From Eledone cirrhosa (lineage: Eukaryota): a stretch of DNA of 64,000 bases. Positions 25,518 through 39,762 of this stretch are shown in pieces (within the stretch, counting starts at the first letter, position 1; every line of letters begins with the position of its first letter). The notes below the pieces were generated by a model. That model was not told the origin of the DNA, made no database searches, and saw only the letters and a list, made by a program, of their open reading frames with translations. The stretch lies in contig OZ024760.1 in NCBI GenBank assembly GCA_964016885.1, positions 13,764,001 through 13,828,000 on the forward strand, in the 5' to 3' direction. The translations under genes and the position numbers were made by a program.

Positions 25518-26049
25518 AGGTAAATGTTTCGAAAAAAATGTAGTTGTTCTAATGCAGTTTATATATAATATCGTCTTTGTTTTAATGCGTAGTGGAACTA
25601 CGTCGCACTTCACAATACCAACATTTGCATACGCAATAATGTCAAACTGACCAATGGGAGGTTGCGTATGAATACATGGGCAGTCTCACTCTCTTGTTAA
25701 AAACCCGACACAGTTGACGCGTACCAGACAGACCGACACAGTTGACGCGTGAAGATGTATCTATAAAAAATGGTGACCTGGCTGTAAAGAATACATCCTT
25801 CACACACATAAAAAAAAAATGTCGAGTTTACAATAACACAATATTTTGTTTGCACATGGCATTTTTGTCCAATGTGGCGACTCACCTCCTATTTCTTCAT
25901 CACTTATTCCCGCGCTTTTACTTTGGCCAACATAAGCGCACTCTTTACTGTTTCAAGGATACTACGGACTTCAAAAAATTATTTTTAAATGTTTTGTTCG
26001 CAACTATTTTGTTAAAGTTTACGAACGTCTTTGATGAACACCTTGGCGA

Positions 26050-26345
26050 CTATACACCTACACAGCTCTTACGCTGATAACATTTTGGAGTACTCCGGCA
26101 ATTCGACCACTACTACGCCTTCACGACTTGCATGAAAACTAGGCAACAAACCTTAAAATCTTCTGTTCCGAGGGACTTTCCTCGTGGACCCATGTTTTTG
26201 TCAGAAATGACGGTGAGAAGACCTCTCACTCCACCTTATTCTGGACCCTATCGTGTACTTGCACGTAGAGATAAACATTTCACCTTTGACTTTAATGGAC
26301 ATAAAGACACACTCTATTGACAGACTAAAGCGGGCCTACACAGAT
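26050..26345 (+). mobile_element. Gypsy LTR retrotransposon integrase C-terminal fragment
   Basis: VRRPLTPPYSGPYRVLARRDKHFTFDFNG..SIDRLKRAY is a GPY/F module. Confidence 0.7.
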
Positions 26346-27164
26346 GCTCTCACATCAGAGCCTCATACTCCCCTCTTCTACAATGTGTCAATACAAGCAC
26401 CACCGCAAACACCACAATCACATTCAAACACTCCTTTACTTTCAACATACATCAAACTGACCAATTGGAAGTTGCGTATGACAGACCGAACTGACTTGGA
26501 GATGATACATCGCGCGAAAATGTATTGTAAAATGACTCCTACAATCCTTTTCGACAAATAAAATTATATTTATAGAGGAGTGAGCATTGAAGAGCTATTT
26601 ATTTATATCCTGGAAGTCAGAAGCATTTACTACCGATAAGAAGCTACCAACTCTTCGATTAAGGTATTTCAATTATATCACTTATAACTAATATCCTTCG
26701 AAGACCTATAACAACAATGTAAAATCATATAGATAATATTTAGCCCCTCATCCTTATCTATAAATGTATCATTTATCACATAAGACAGTGTAACACAGTC
26801 TTCGTTCAACTAATGTGTATATTGTCAATTGCGATTTTATTTGACGTATCATATCTACATGTATATATACTTGCGTATAATATCAATATACACACTACAC
26901 ATGCTAGCAGAAAACCACCCGTAGTATATATATATATAGCGTAGAGTGTAGCTAGTGTATGTATGTATATATAAGTATGTATGTATATATATGTGTGTAA
27001 AAATGTCAATAATGACCTTTTTTTCTTTTTTTTTTTTTTTTGACAAAAAACTTGAATTTAAGTTGTCATGTTTACCTTAATTAACATTTTAAAAGAAAAG
27101 TTGGTTATTTTGACATTCCCCCCCCCCCCTCCCCAAACTAAAAACAAGACATAAAAATTTAAAT

Positions 27165-27920
27165 TTAAGTTTTAATTGTAAAAGTAACATTATCATATTT
27201 TAGCTCCTTGAGTTCCTTAAGTGCGTATTTCAGCTCGTATTCCCCATTTTCTAAACACAATGCTTTTGCAACCGAATCTTCACTCATTGAATTCTGTATT
27301 CGTAGGCCTGACTTTTCCCAGCAATTTACAATTGTCTCTTTTACAACCGAATCCCATGCCTGGACTGACCAAAAATACCATGCAATAACTGTTTTTACTT
27401 TTGCCAGCAATTATTCCAGTGCATCACTGGTACTTTATTTATCGACCCTATAAGGATGAAAGGCCAAGTTGAACTCGGAAAATAAAGGGGCGTAACTCGT
27501 GACGTTCCTTTTAAATTGACACTTTCACATCTTTATTAACCAACTTTATTAATAAAAATCGTATTGTAGTTGCTTTTGAATGACCAAATTATTCCTTGGT
27601 CTAAAGGTTGTAATTTTGTAGTTGTGTTCGAGGGTAGAAAAAAAAAGTTTTATATTTTAAAAGCTTTGTTTGTGGCATGCTGCATTATCAAGGAGCAATA
27701 ATACTTTTCTCTATTGTTTAAAAAATTCGTAATTGATTTCTTTTAGGTAAAATGAAAATATATTGTCTGTCATCCATCCGTAATGTTCTTTTTATAATAA
27801 AATTCCTGTTTAGAAATGTCAATATTCTTGAAACAACGAGGTTTAAGGCTTTTTTCAGTAAAAAGGGGTTTAAACTTTTCACCAGTTGCACTACATGTGA
27901 ATAGTACTGTAATTCTCTTT
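27165..27920 (-). mobile_element. pogo/Tigger transposase fragment interrupted by a SINE at about 27400-27480
   Basis: Minus-strand translation gives CNATG-like..KPRCFKN, RKVLLLLDNAACH, PSNTTTKLQPLDQGIIWSFK and AWDSVVKETIVNCWEKSG. Confidence 0.8.
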
Positions 27921-28832
27921 TGATTCCTCTAATTTTGTATTATCATCGTTAAGAAAAACATAACTTTTAGTCCCTCTCCTTATTCCTACCCTTTATGTCT
28001 CATCCTCGAATCCATATTCTCAGTCCCTGTCTCCTATTCCTTATCTCTCTATCTCTTACTTTTTATTATTTATTTAATCCTTTGATATTTTATTATACAA
28101 CTTGCCTTTTTATTTTGCTGAAACATATATCGTATTCCTTTTCATGTTATTGTTATCATTATTGTCATCACTATTTTACACATCCACTTACACTATAACT
28201 TCTACTATTATCAGAAACCGTATTTTGTACTTATTTTTTATATCGTCATTCTTTCTTCTTTATACTTTTATTATTGTTTATCTTTTATTATTGATGTTTT
28301 CGTTTTCATTCACTCGATTCTCTGATGTATCTATAAATGCTAATGCCATGTGTTACACCCTCCAGTATTCCGATGATTTTATCAGAGCCACACACTGTAT
28401 TTAAGGTCGAGTGATTAGCGACTTTTAGACTCACCTGTTCAATGAAACAATTGTTAGTACTGTAAATAAAACCCTTTTTATACAGCCGACCATCTTACTC
28501 TTCATTCTTTCACTACTATTACTCCAAGATCGACCTGCATGGGAATTATTGCAAACTCGCTACCTAAGTAAGGAAACCTCTCACTGGATTACCTAAAACG
28601 ATAACTTGTTATCCCATGTGTATATATCATCATCATCGTTTAAAGTCTATCTTCCACGCTAGCATGGGTTTAGACGGGAGATGTCCCACTTGAGGCAAGA
28701 TTGGTTTTTCTCGCTCGTATAGGACTGTCTGGCAGGTTTTCTACGGTTGGGTGCCCTTCCTAACACCAACCACGTTTAGTGTGGACTGGGAGGTTTTTAC
28801 CGTGTTACCTACACGGGCACATTACAGCGTGG

Positions 28833-28864
<32 letters not shown>

Positions 28865-29339
28865 GTCGTGACATCTACACGACCTCATTTATTTAGGGCT
28901 GGATGTTGTGGTACCAACATAACTTTACAGAGAAAGAGGTTGGAGGAGAGGGTAGTGGGATGCGGGTGTATTTTTGGTTAAGAGGTGCCTACTGACGAGG
29001 TTTCGCGTTGTACATAGACAAATCAGGTCTTCTGTATTACTGCGTAGTGCCAAAGATCTCTGTCCAGTGACATTGTCTTGGAGAGATGTATGTAAGGTCG
29101 GAATTTATCAGATCGTCCCAGGTTTTTCTGGGTCTGCCTACTCCGTAACTTCCATCAATTTTGATATATATATATGTGTGTGTGTATATATTTGTCCTGG
29201 GTATGACATTAAACTACATCCAGTGGCAAGGCTCAAGTTCAGGAGGAACTGTGGGGAACGTGGAGTTACCCCCTTAGTTGTCATAACTCCCAGGTCTGCT
29301 CTGGCCTGGTGTAGTAGTACCTGTTAGGGCCCCTTTTAT

Positions 29340-29862
29340 AGGTTAAATAATAAGATGACAGATCGGGGTACCCCTATCAAAGGCCTTCTCTAGGTCAACA
29401 AAGGCTAAGTATAGTGGCTTATTTTTCTCTAAGAACCTCTCTTGTAATTGTCTCATCAAGAAGAGGGCATCTGTTGTACTATTCCCAGGCACAAAACCAA
29501 ACTGCATCTCATCTAGTTTGACCCTTTCTCTAATTAGTTGTGCTAATATCCTTTCTGCCACTTTCATAACCTGATCCATCAGTTTTATACCCCTATAATT
29601 TCTCCTCTCAAGAGCATCCCCTTTACTTTTGCACTAGTCTTTGGGTATGACACTGCCATATATAGCCTGATTGATGTGTGCAACCAGTTTAGTGCCTACG
29701 TCCCCTGAGGCCTTCAGCATCTCAACAACTATCTCCGATGGTCCAGCAGCCTCACCATTTTTCATTTCCTTAATTGCCTCTTGGACCCTATATTCGTCAA
29801 TCTCAATAGCTGGTTCTTCTGTCTGATCTACTGAGGGTAATTTCTCTCTCTCCCATGTATAT

Positions 29863-29897
<35 letters not shown>

Positions 29898-30720
29898 CTT
29901 AAAATATTTGTAAATGTCTGAGAGATTGGCTAAATGTTTTACAGTGTACTGTGCCACTAAACTGCACCATACTAAATCACACTACACTACACTGCACTGT
30001 ACTGTTCACGCTAACGCTACTGTTTTCTATTTTGCAGTTATGATCAGTAAGAGAAAGGAAGTTATTTCAACAAAAGCTAAGTATAGTGGCTTCTAATAAC
30101 CTCTCTTGTAGTTGTCTCGCTAAGAGGGTATCTGTTGCACTTTTCCCAGGCACATAACCAAACTGCATCGCATCTAGTTGGACCCTTTCTATAATTAGTT
30201 GCGCTAATATCCTTTCTGCCACTTTCACAACCTGATCCATCAGCTTTATTCCTCTATAATTGCTCATGTCCAGAGCATCTCCTTTACCTTTGTAGCAATT
30301 TACGAGAATATTGCTGCAGCAGTCTTTGAGTACAAAACCGACATATATAGCCTGATTTGATGAAGCGTGCAACCAGTTGAGTGCCTATGTCCCCTGATGC
30401 CTGCAGCATCTCGGCAACTATTCCTGACGGTCCAGCGGCCTTACCATTATTCATTTCCTTAATCGCCTCTTAGACCATATATTCGTCAATCTGAATAGCT
30501 GATCCCTCTGTCGGATGTACTGGGGGGGGGGGTAATTTCTCTCTTTCTCACATTGGGTCTCCACATTCATCAGTCTCTCTTAATGACATTTCCAGGCCTT
30601 TTTTTTCTGACCATCCGTAAAACTAAGTACGCCGGCATCATTGAGCAGACAAACTTAATCTCGATTTGCACTGACACACGGCCTCGCAATACGGAACACG
30701 GCGCGTCTTTGATCTTCTTG
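29340..30720 (-). mobile_element. Two nested or duplicated RTE-type RT fragments left of the array
   Basis: NYRGIKLMDQVMKVAERIL, QFGFVPGNSTTDALFLMRQLQE, LYLAFVDLEKAFDR and KNGEAAGPSEIVVEMLKA are each present twice (29343-29860 and 30067-30600). Confidence 0.85.
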
Positions 30721-32388
30721 TCGAGCAGCCTCCTTGCGTGCTAAGTACACCTAACCTCTAGCTTCTCTCTTAGCGGCTGTATATTCTTCTCTACTCGCAC
30801 TAATTTTGCAAGCATTCCATGCTAGTCTTTAGTCTCCAATGGCCCGATCTACCGTGCTGTCCCACCACCATGTCACTCTCTGTCTGGTTGGAACTCTGAT
30901 CCAGCCACAAGTTTCATCAGTAACCTGCAGTAAGGTATCGCATAAGAAATTCCAGTTATCATCTATGTTGTACGACTCTAAATGGTCTTCTTTTTCATCA
31001 TACACATATTGAAGGGCTTTCCTAAATTTGTATTTTAGTGAGAGCTCTTTTAGCTTCCAGACCTTTCTTTTTTCCACACCTTCCTGTATGTCTCATTCAG
31101 TCTCTTGCTTGGGGTACATTCTTCCCCGGGGTATGCCTTTGTATTTGACACCATCTGCCTGTCCCGCTGCCTAACTAGCAAGAAGTCAATCTGGCTTATG
31201 TGCTTGCCTGATTTGTAGGTTATTAGGTGGTTGGCAGATTTGTGTAAGTTAGTGTTGTAGATGGTTAGTGCAATTGCATCGCAAAATTCAAGAAGTTTCA
31301 CTGCTTCATTTCTTAAGCCGTAAGTGTGCCCAACATGTACCTCAGTGTAACCATCGTAGAGCTGTCCAACATGACCATTGAAATCCCCTGCTAGCATAAC
31401 GATGTCTCCGTCCTGTCATTGTGGCTGTTTGTAAAAATTGCTTGTAAATGCAGAATTTCTTGTCTTTACCTAGCAGCAGTTTCTTGCTCTCAATTAACCC
31501 TAAAACTAGCCGTAACGCTAACAGTAACACTAACCGTAACACTAACTTATGCAGGCCTAGGTAAAGACGAGAAAGATAAAACAAGGAGTGATGCTATTTG
31601 AATTTTGTGATGCAAGTGTTTTAACCATTTGCAAAACCAACTTCCGCAAACCTGCCAACTGCCTAATAACCTACAAATTAGGCAAGCACAGAAGCCGGAT
31701 TTCTCGGTAGTTAGGCAGCGAGACAGACAGATGGTGTGAAGTACCAGGGTGTGCCCCGGGGAGGACTGTTTCCCACAGCGTGGGTTGGTTGTTGGTGATG
31801 TCTCGGTGATCCTGAGACGGAGTGAGAAGTGCAGGAGGGTGTTTATAGATAGACTGATGCACAGATATCTGGATAGATTGATAGAGAGATAGATATATAG
31901 AGAGCATCATTATCATCGTCTGTTCATCATTTTACGTCCGCTTTTCCCTGCTTGAAAGGGTGGGACAGGTCCTCTTGAGCAAAGCATCTCTTCACTTGTC
32001 ACGGTCCTTCGTCATCTCCTTGGTGAGTTTCAGCGATCTGAAGTCGGCTCTCACCACCTCCACCCATGTTTTTCGTGGTCTTCCTCTACTGCGTCTCCCT
32101 TCTTTACCCAGCGCTCAACCTCCATGCGCATCACATGTCCATACCATCTCAGTCCTCTCTTGCACACCACAACTTATCCCTCTTAAACACAGTTTCTCTC
32201 TCAACTCGTTTATGCTTGGTCGTTCCCGCACATTGACATTGCACATCCAACGGAGCGTGCTTGCTTCATTTCTCTCCAGCCATCGCATACCCTCTGCAGT
32301 TGCTGTCCATGTCTCACTACCATGCAGGGTCGCACATCTCGCATAGGCATCATGTAACCACACTTTCGTACGCATATATATATTTGTA

Positions 32389-32427
<39 letters not shown>

Positions 32428-33378
32428 ATGTATATATATATATGTATGTATATATTTGTCCTGGGTATGACATTAAACTACATCCAGTGGCAAGGCTCAA
32501 GTTCAGGAGGAACTGTGGGGAACGTGGAGTTACCCCCTTAGTTGTCATAACTCCCAGGTCTGCTCTGGCCTGGTGTAGTAGTACCTGTTGGGGCCCCATT
32601 TATAGGTTAAATAATAAGATGACAGATCGGCGTACCCTATCAAAGGCCTTCTCTAGGTCAACAAAGGCTAAGTATAGTGGCTTATTTTTCTCTAAGAACC
32701 TCTCTTGTAATTGTCTCATCAAGAAGAGGGCATCTGTTGTACTATTCCCAGGCACAAAACCAAACTGCATCTCATCTAGTTTGACCCTTTCTCTAATTAG
32801 TTGTGCTAATATCCTTTCTGCCACTTTCATAACCTGATCCATCAGTTTTATATCCCTATAATTTCTCCTCTCAAGAGCGTCCCCTTTACTTTTGCACTAG
32901 TCTTTGGGTATGACACTGCCATATATAGCCTGATTGATGATGTGTGCAACCAGTTTAGTGCCTACGTCCCCTGAGGCCTTCAGCATCTCAGCAACTATCT
33001 CCGATGGTCCAGCAGCCTCACCATTTTTCATTTCCTTAATCGCCTCTTGGACCCTATATTCGTTAATCTCAATAGCTGGTCCCTCTGTCTGATCTACTGA
33101 GGGTAATTTCTCTCTCTCCCATATATATATATATATATATATATATATCTTGAAAGATTTGTAAATGTCTGAGAGATTGGCTAAATGTTTTACAGTGTAC
33201 TGTGCCACTAAACTGCACCATACTAAATTGCACTGCACTGCACTGCACTGCACTGCACTGTTCACGTTAACGCTAGTGTTTTGTGTTTTGCAGGTATGAC
33301 CAGTAAGAGCGAGGAAGTTATTTCAAAGGATTTTCGTAATTAAACACTTTTTTTACCATTATTTTAAGGTATTATCTC

Positions 33379-33417
<39 letters not shown>

Positions 33418-36053
33418 GGACCTCTTGATAAGACGAAATGACCTGTATAATTTTTTTCATATTTAGATGGAATAGAAGAAAAAGAAGAGAAATGAAAGCA
33501 ATGAAATTAAGTTTTAGAGAAAATATACGCCAACGACAATGGAGGTATGATTTCAGTTTAATCTTAACCTAATGACCACTTTACAGAGTGTACTGGGTGT
33601 GTTTTACCTCGCTATGTTTACTGTAAACCCTAGATAACGAATGCCTTGTTGAGTGTTGTGAATTGTGAACGTGAGGTTGTGTTGTGGGGTTGCTTGGTGA
33701 GGTTGCATAAGAAGGGTGTTGTGAGTTTGCATTATGATGTAGCTTTGTGAGGCTTTGTTGTGAATTGATAAATATTTGAAAACACACCTCTGTCCCTCAA
33801 CAGTCAGTCAGTCATTTTCTACTAAAACTCATTGATGCGAGTCCCTAGCATTGTATCTGTAAGTACATTATGACTATTTTCTCTTGGTGGACTTGACATT
33901 CAAAGATATTTGTATATATTTTGTTGATGTTGTTTGTTAGTTAGGAAATTGCTTAAAAGCTACTTTGATCACAGCACTTTGTAAAGGCAACATATGTTTA
34001 AGATTCTTTTTTCTTTTATTTTTGTTATTCAGATGACAGAGAAGGCAAAGAAAGGCACAGAAGAAAAGAACAATGACGATTATTATTATTATTATTATTA
34101 CTATTATTATTTGTTTTATTATAATCAAAATATGCTGTTAGTTTGCCTGCTATCCCACTACGTGCCTGCTATCGCACTCAATCTTTTGTGTACGTTTTAT
34201 ATAATTTATGCCAGTTCCGTTTCTGCATATCGAACATGGCCATTTCCCTGACGGAATAGAGTTTTGTCCTCTTTTCTACTCATCAACACTCATTCGTGAC
34301 ACAAAGTACAGCGGCATCATTGCGGACAGACTTAATCCCGATTTGCACTGACACACTGCCTCGCAGTACGGAACAGCGCACGTCGTCGAGCAGCCTCCTT
34401 GCATGCTAAGTACACCTGACGTCTAGCTTCTCTCTTAGCGGCTGTATATTCTTCTCTACTCGCACTAATTTTGCAAGCATTCCATGCTAGTCTTTAGTCT
34501 CCAATGGCCCGATCTACCGTGCTGTCCCACCACCATGTCACTCTCTGTCTGGTTGGAACTCTGATCCAGCCACAAGTTTCATCAGTAACCTGCAGTAAGG
34601 TATCGCATAAGAAATTCCAGTTATCATCTATGTTGTACGACTCTAAATCGTCTTCTTTTTCATCATACACATATTGAAGGGCTTTCCTAAATTTGTATTT
34701 TAGTGAGAGCTCTTTTAGCTTCCAGACCTTTCTTTTTTCCACACCTTCCTGTATGTCTCATTCAGTCTCTTGCTTGGGGTACATTCTTCCCCGGGGTATG
34801 CCTTTGTATTTGACACCATCTGCCTGTCCCGCTGCCTAACTAGCAAGAAGTCAATCTGGCTTATGTGCTTGCCTGATTTGTAGGTTATTAGGTGGTTGGC
34901 AGATTTGTGTAAGTTAGTGTTGTAGATGGTTAGTGCAATTGCATCGCAAAATTCAAGAAGTTTCACTGCTTCATTTCTTAAGCCGTAAGTGTGCCCAACA
35001 TGTACCTCAGTGTAACCATCGTAGAGCTGTCCAACATGACCATTGAAATCCCCTGCTAGCATAACGATGTCTCCGTCCTGTCATTGTGGCTGTTTGTAAA
35101 AATTGCTTGTAAATGCAGAATTTCTTGTCTTTACCTAGCAGCAGTTTCTTGCTCTCAATTAACCCTAAAACTAGCCGTAACGCTAACAGTAACACTAACC
35201 GTAACACTAACTTATGCAGGCCTAGGTAAAGACGAGAAAGATAAAACAAGGAGTGATGCTATTTGAATTTTGTGATGCAAGTGTTTTAACCATTTGCAAA
35301 ACCAACTTCCGCAAACCTGCCAACTGCCTAATAACCTACAAATTAGGCAAGCACAGAAGCCGGATTTCTCGGTAGTTAGGCAGCGAGACAGACAGATGGT
35401 GTGAAGTACCAGGGTGTGCCCCGGGGAGGACTGTTTCCCACAGCGTGGGTTGGTTGTTGGTGATGTCTCGGTGATCCTGAGACGGAGTGAGAAGTGCAGG
35501 AGGGTGTTTATAGATAGACTGATGCACAGATATCTGGATAGATTGATAGAGAGATAGATATATAGAGAGCATCATTATCATCGTCTGTTCATCATTTTAC
35601 GTCCGCTTTTCCCTGCTTGAAAGGGTGGGACAGGTCCTCTTGAGCAAAGCATCTCTTCACTTGTCACGGTCCTTCGTCATCTCCTTGGTGAGTTTCAGCG
35701 ATCTGAAGTCGGCTCTCACCACCTCCACCCATGTTTTTCGTGGTCTTCCTCTACTGCGTCTCCCTTCTTTACCCAGCGCTCAACCTCCATGCGCATCACA
35801 TGTCCATACCATCTCAGTCCTCTCTTGCACACCACAACTTATCCCTCTTAAACACAGTTTCTCTCTCAACTCGTTTATGCTTGGTCGTTCCCGCACATTG
35901 ACATTGCACATCCAACGGAGCGTGCTTGCTTCATTTCTCTCCAGCCATCGCATACCCTCTGCAGTTGCTGTCCATGTCTCACTACCATGCAGGGTCGCAC
36001 ATCTCGCATAGGCATCATGTAACCACACTTTCGTACGCATATATATATTTGTA

Positions 36054-36092
<39 letters not shown>

Positions 36093-36783
36093 ATGTATAT
36101 ATATATATGTATGTATATATTTGTCCTGGGTATGACATTAAACTACATCCAGTGGCAAGGCTCAAGTTCAGGAGGAACTGTGGGGAACGTGGAGTTACCC
36201 CCTTAGTTGTCATAACTCCCAGGTCTGCTCTGGCCTGGTGTAGTAGTACCTGTTGGGGCCCCATTTATAGGTTAAATAATAAGATGACAGATCGGCGTAC
36301 CCTATCAAAGGCCTTCTCTAGGTCAACAAAGGCTAAGTATAGTGGCTTATTTTTCTCTAAGAACCTCTCTTGTAATTGTCTCATCAAGAAGAGGGCATCT
36401 GTTGTACTATTCCCAGGCACAAAACCAAACTGCATCTCATCTAGTTTGACCCTTTCTCTAATTAGTTGTGCTAATATCCTTTCTGCCACTTTCATAACCT
36501 GATCCATCAGTTTTATATCCCTATAATTTCTCCTCTCAAGAGCGTCCCCTTTACTTTTGCACTAGTCTTTGGGTATGACACTGCCATATATAGCCTGATT
36601 GATGATGTGTGCAACCAGTTTAGTGCCTACGTCCCCTGAGGCCTTCAGCATCTCAGCAACTATCTCCGATGGTCCAGCAGCCTCACCATTTTTCATTTCC
36701 TTAATCGCCTCTTGGACCCTATATTCGTTAATCTCAATAGCTGGTCCCTCTGTCTGATCTACTGAGGGTAATTTCTCTCTCTC

Positions 36784-36817
<34 letters not shown>

Positions 36818-37045
36818 TGAAAGATTTGTAAATGTCTGAGAGATTGGCTAAATGTTTTACAGTGTACTGTGCCACTAAACTGCACCATACTAAATTGCAC
36901 TGCACTGCACTGCACTGCACTGCACTGTTCACGCTAACGCTAGTGTTTTGTGTTTTGCAGGTATGACCAGTAAGAGCGAGGAAGTTATTTCAAAGGATTT
37001 TCGTAATTAAACACTTTTTTTACCATTATTTTAAGGTATTATCTC

Positions 37046-37087
<42 letters not shown>

Positions 37088-39723
37088 GGACCTCTTGATA
37101 AGACGAAATGACCTGTATAATTTTTTTCATATTTAGATGGAATAGAAGAAAAAGAAGAGAAATGAAAGCAATGAAATTAAGTTTTAGAGAAAATATACGC
37201 CAACGACAATGGAGGTATGATTTCAGTTTAATCTTAACCTAATGACCACTTTACAGAGTGTACTGGGTGTGTTTTACCTCGCTATGTTTACTGTAAACCC
37301 TAGATAACGAATGCCTTGTTGAGTGTTGTGAATTGTGAACGTGAGGTTGTGTTGTGGGGTTGCTTGGTGAGGTTGCATAAGAAGGGTGTTGTGAGTTTGC
37401 ATTATGATGTAGCTTTGTGAGGCTTTGTTGTGAATTGATAAATATTTGAAAACACACCTCTGTCCCTCAACAGTCAGTCAGTCATTTTCTACTAAAACTC
37501 ATTGATGCGAGTCCCTAGCATTGTATCTGTAAGTACATTATGACTATTTTCTCTTGGTGGACTTGACATTCAAAGATATTTGTATATATTTTGTTGATGT
37601 TGTTTGTTAGTTAGGAAATTGCTTAAAAGCTACTTTGATCACAGCACTTTGTAAAGGCAACATATGTTTAAGATTCTTTTTTCTTTTATTTTTGTTATTC
37701 AGATGACAGAGAAGGCAAAGAAAGGCACAGAAGAAAAGAACAATGACGATTATTATTATTATTATTATTACTATTATTATTTGTTTTATTATAATCAAAA
37801 TATGCTGTTAGTTTGCCTGCTATCCCACTACGTGCCTGCTATCGCACTCGATCTTTTGTGTACGTTTTATATAATTTATGCCAGTTCCGTTTCTGCATAT
37901 CGAACATGGCCATTTCCCTGACGGAATAGAGTTTTGTCCTCTTTTCTACTCATCAACACTCATTCGTGACACAAAGTACAGCGGCATCATTGCGGACAGA
38001 CTTAATCCCGATTTGCACTGACACACTGCCTCGCAGTACGGAACAGCGCACGTCGTCGAGCAGCCTCCTTGCATGCTAAGTACACCTGACGTCTAGCTTC
38101 TCTCTTAGCGGCTGTATATTCTTCTCTACTCGCACTAATTTTGCAAGCATTCCATGCTAGTCTTTAGTCTCCAATGGCCCGATCTACCGTGCTGTCCCAC
38201 CACCATGTCACTCTCTGTCTGGTTGGAACTCTGATCCAGCCACAAGTTTCATCAGTAACCTGCAGTAAGGTATCGCATAAGAAATTCCAGTTATCATCTA
38301 TGTTGTACGACTCTAAATCGTCTTCTTTTTCATCATACACATATTGAAGGGCTTTCCTAAATTTGTATTTTAGTGAGAGCTCTTTTAGCTTCCAGACCTT
38401 TCTTTTTTCCACACCTTCCTGTATGTCTCATTCAGTCTCTTGCTTGGGGTACATTCTTCCCCGGGGTATGCCTTTGTATTTGACACCATCTGCCTGTCCC
38501 GCTGCCTAACTAGCAAGAAGTCAATCTGGCTTATGTGCTTGCCTGATTTGTAGGTTATTAGGTGGTTGGCAGATTTGTGTAAGTTAGTGTTGTAGATGGT
38601 TAGTGCAATTGCATCGCAAAATTCAAGAAGTTTCACTGCTTCATTTCTTAAGCCGTAAGTGTGCCCAACATGTACCTCAGTGTAACCATCGTAGAGCTGT
38701 CCAACATGACCATTGAAATCCCCTGCTAGCATAACGATGTCTCCGTCCTGTCATTGTGGCTGTTTGTAAAAATTGCTTGTAAATGCAGAATTTCTTGTCT
38801 TTACCTAGCAGCAGTTTCTTGCTCTCAATTAACCCTAAAACTAGCCGTAACGCTAACAGTAATACTAACCGTAACACTAACTTATGCAGGCCTAGGTAAA
38901 GACGAGAAAGATAAAACAAGGAGTGATGCTATTTGAATTTTGTGATGCAAGTGTTTTAACCATTTGCAAAACCAACTTCCGCAAACCTGCCAACTGCCTA
39001 ATAACCTACAAATTAGGCAAGCACAGAAGCCGGATTTCTCGGTAGTTAGGCAGCGAGACAGACAGATGGTGTGAAGTACCAGGGTGTGCCCCGGGGAGGA
39101 CTGTTTCCCACAGCATGGGTTGGTTGTTGGTGATGTCTCGGTGATCCTGAGACGGAGTGAGAAGTGCAGGAGGGTGTTTATAGATAGACTGATGCACAGA
39201 TATCTGGATAGATTGATAGAGAGATAGATATATAGAGAGCATCATTATCATCGTCTGTTCATCATTTTACGTCCGCTTTTCCCTGCTTGAAAGGGTGGGA
39301 CAGGTCCTCTTGAGCAAAGCATCTCTTCACTTGTCACGGTCCTTCGTCATCTCCTTGGTGAGTTTCAGCGATCTGAAGTCGGCTCTCACCACCTCCACCC
39401 ATGTTTTTCGTGGTCTTCCTCTACTGCGTCTCCCTTCTTTACCCAGCGCTCAACCTCCATGCGCATCACATGTCCATACCATCTCAGTCCTCTCTTGCAC
39501 ACCACAACTTATCCCTCTTAAACACAGTTTCTCTCTCAACTCGTTTATGCTTGGTCGTTCCCGCACATTGACATTGCACATCCAACGGAGCGTGCTTGCT
39601 TCATTTCTCTCCAGCCATCGCATACCCTCTGCAGTTGCTGTCCATGTCTCACTACCATGCAGGGTCGCACATCTCGCATAGGCATCATGTAACCACACTT
39701 TCGTACGCATATATATATTTGTA

Positions 39724-39762
<39 letters not shown>

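Noticed and set aside
24588-25610. Merlin terminal inverted repeats (ggtgcgatac.. / ..cgtcgcac)
   Set aside because: The match is too short and degenerate, and no 8-9 bp target-site duplication was identified.
26628-26670. Hammerhead-like ccgataa-gaag..cttc-gatt
   Set aside because: Too many core mismatches to support.
33545-34032. Intronic snoRNA in the candidate array intron
   Set aside because: No convincing C/D box pair with terminal stem and no H/ACA double hairpin found by eye.
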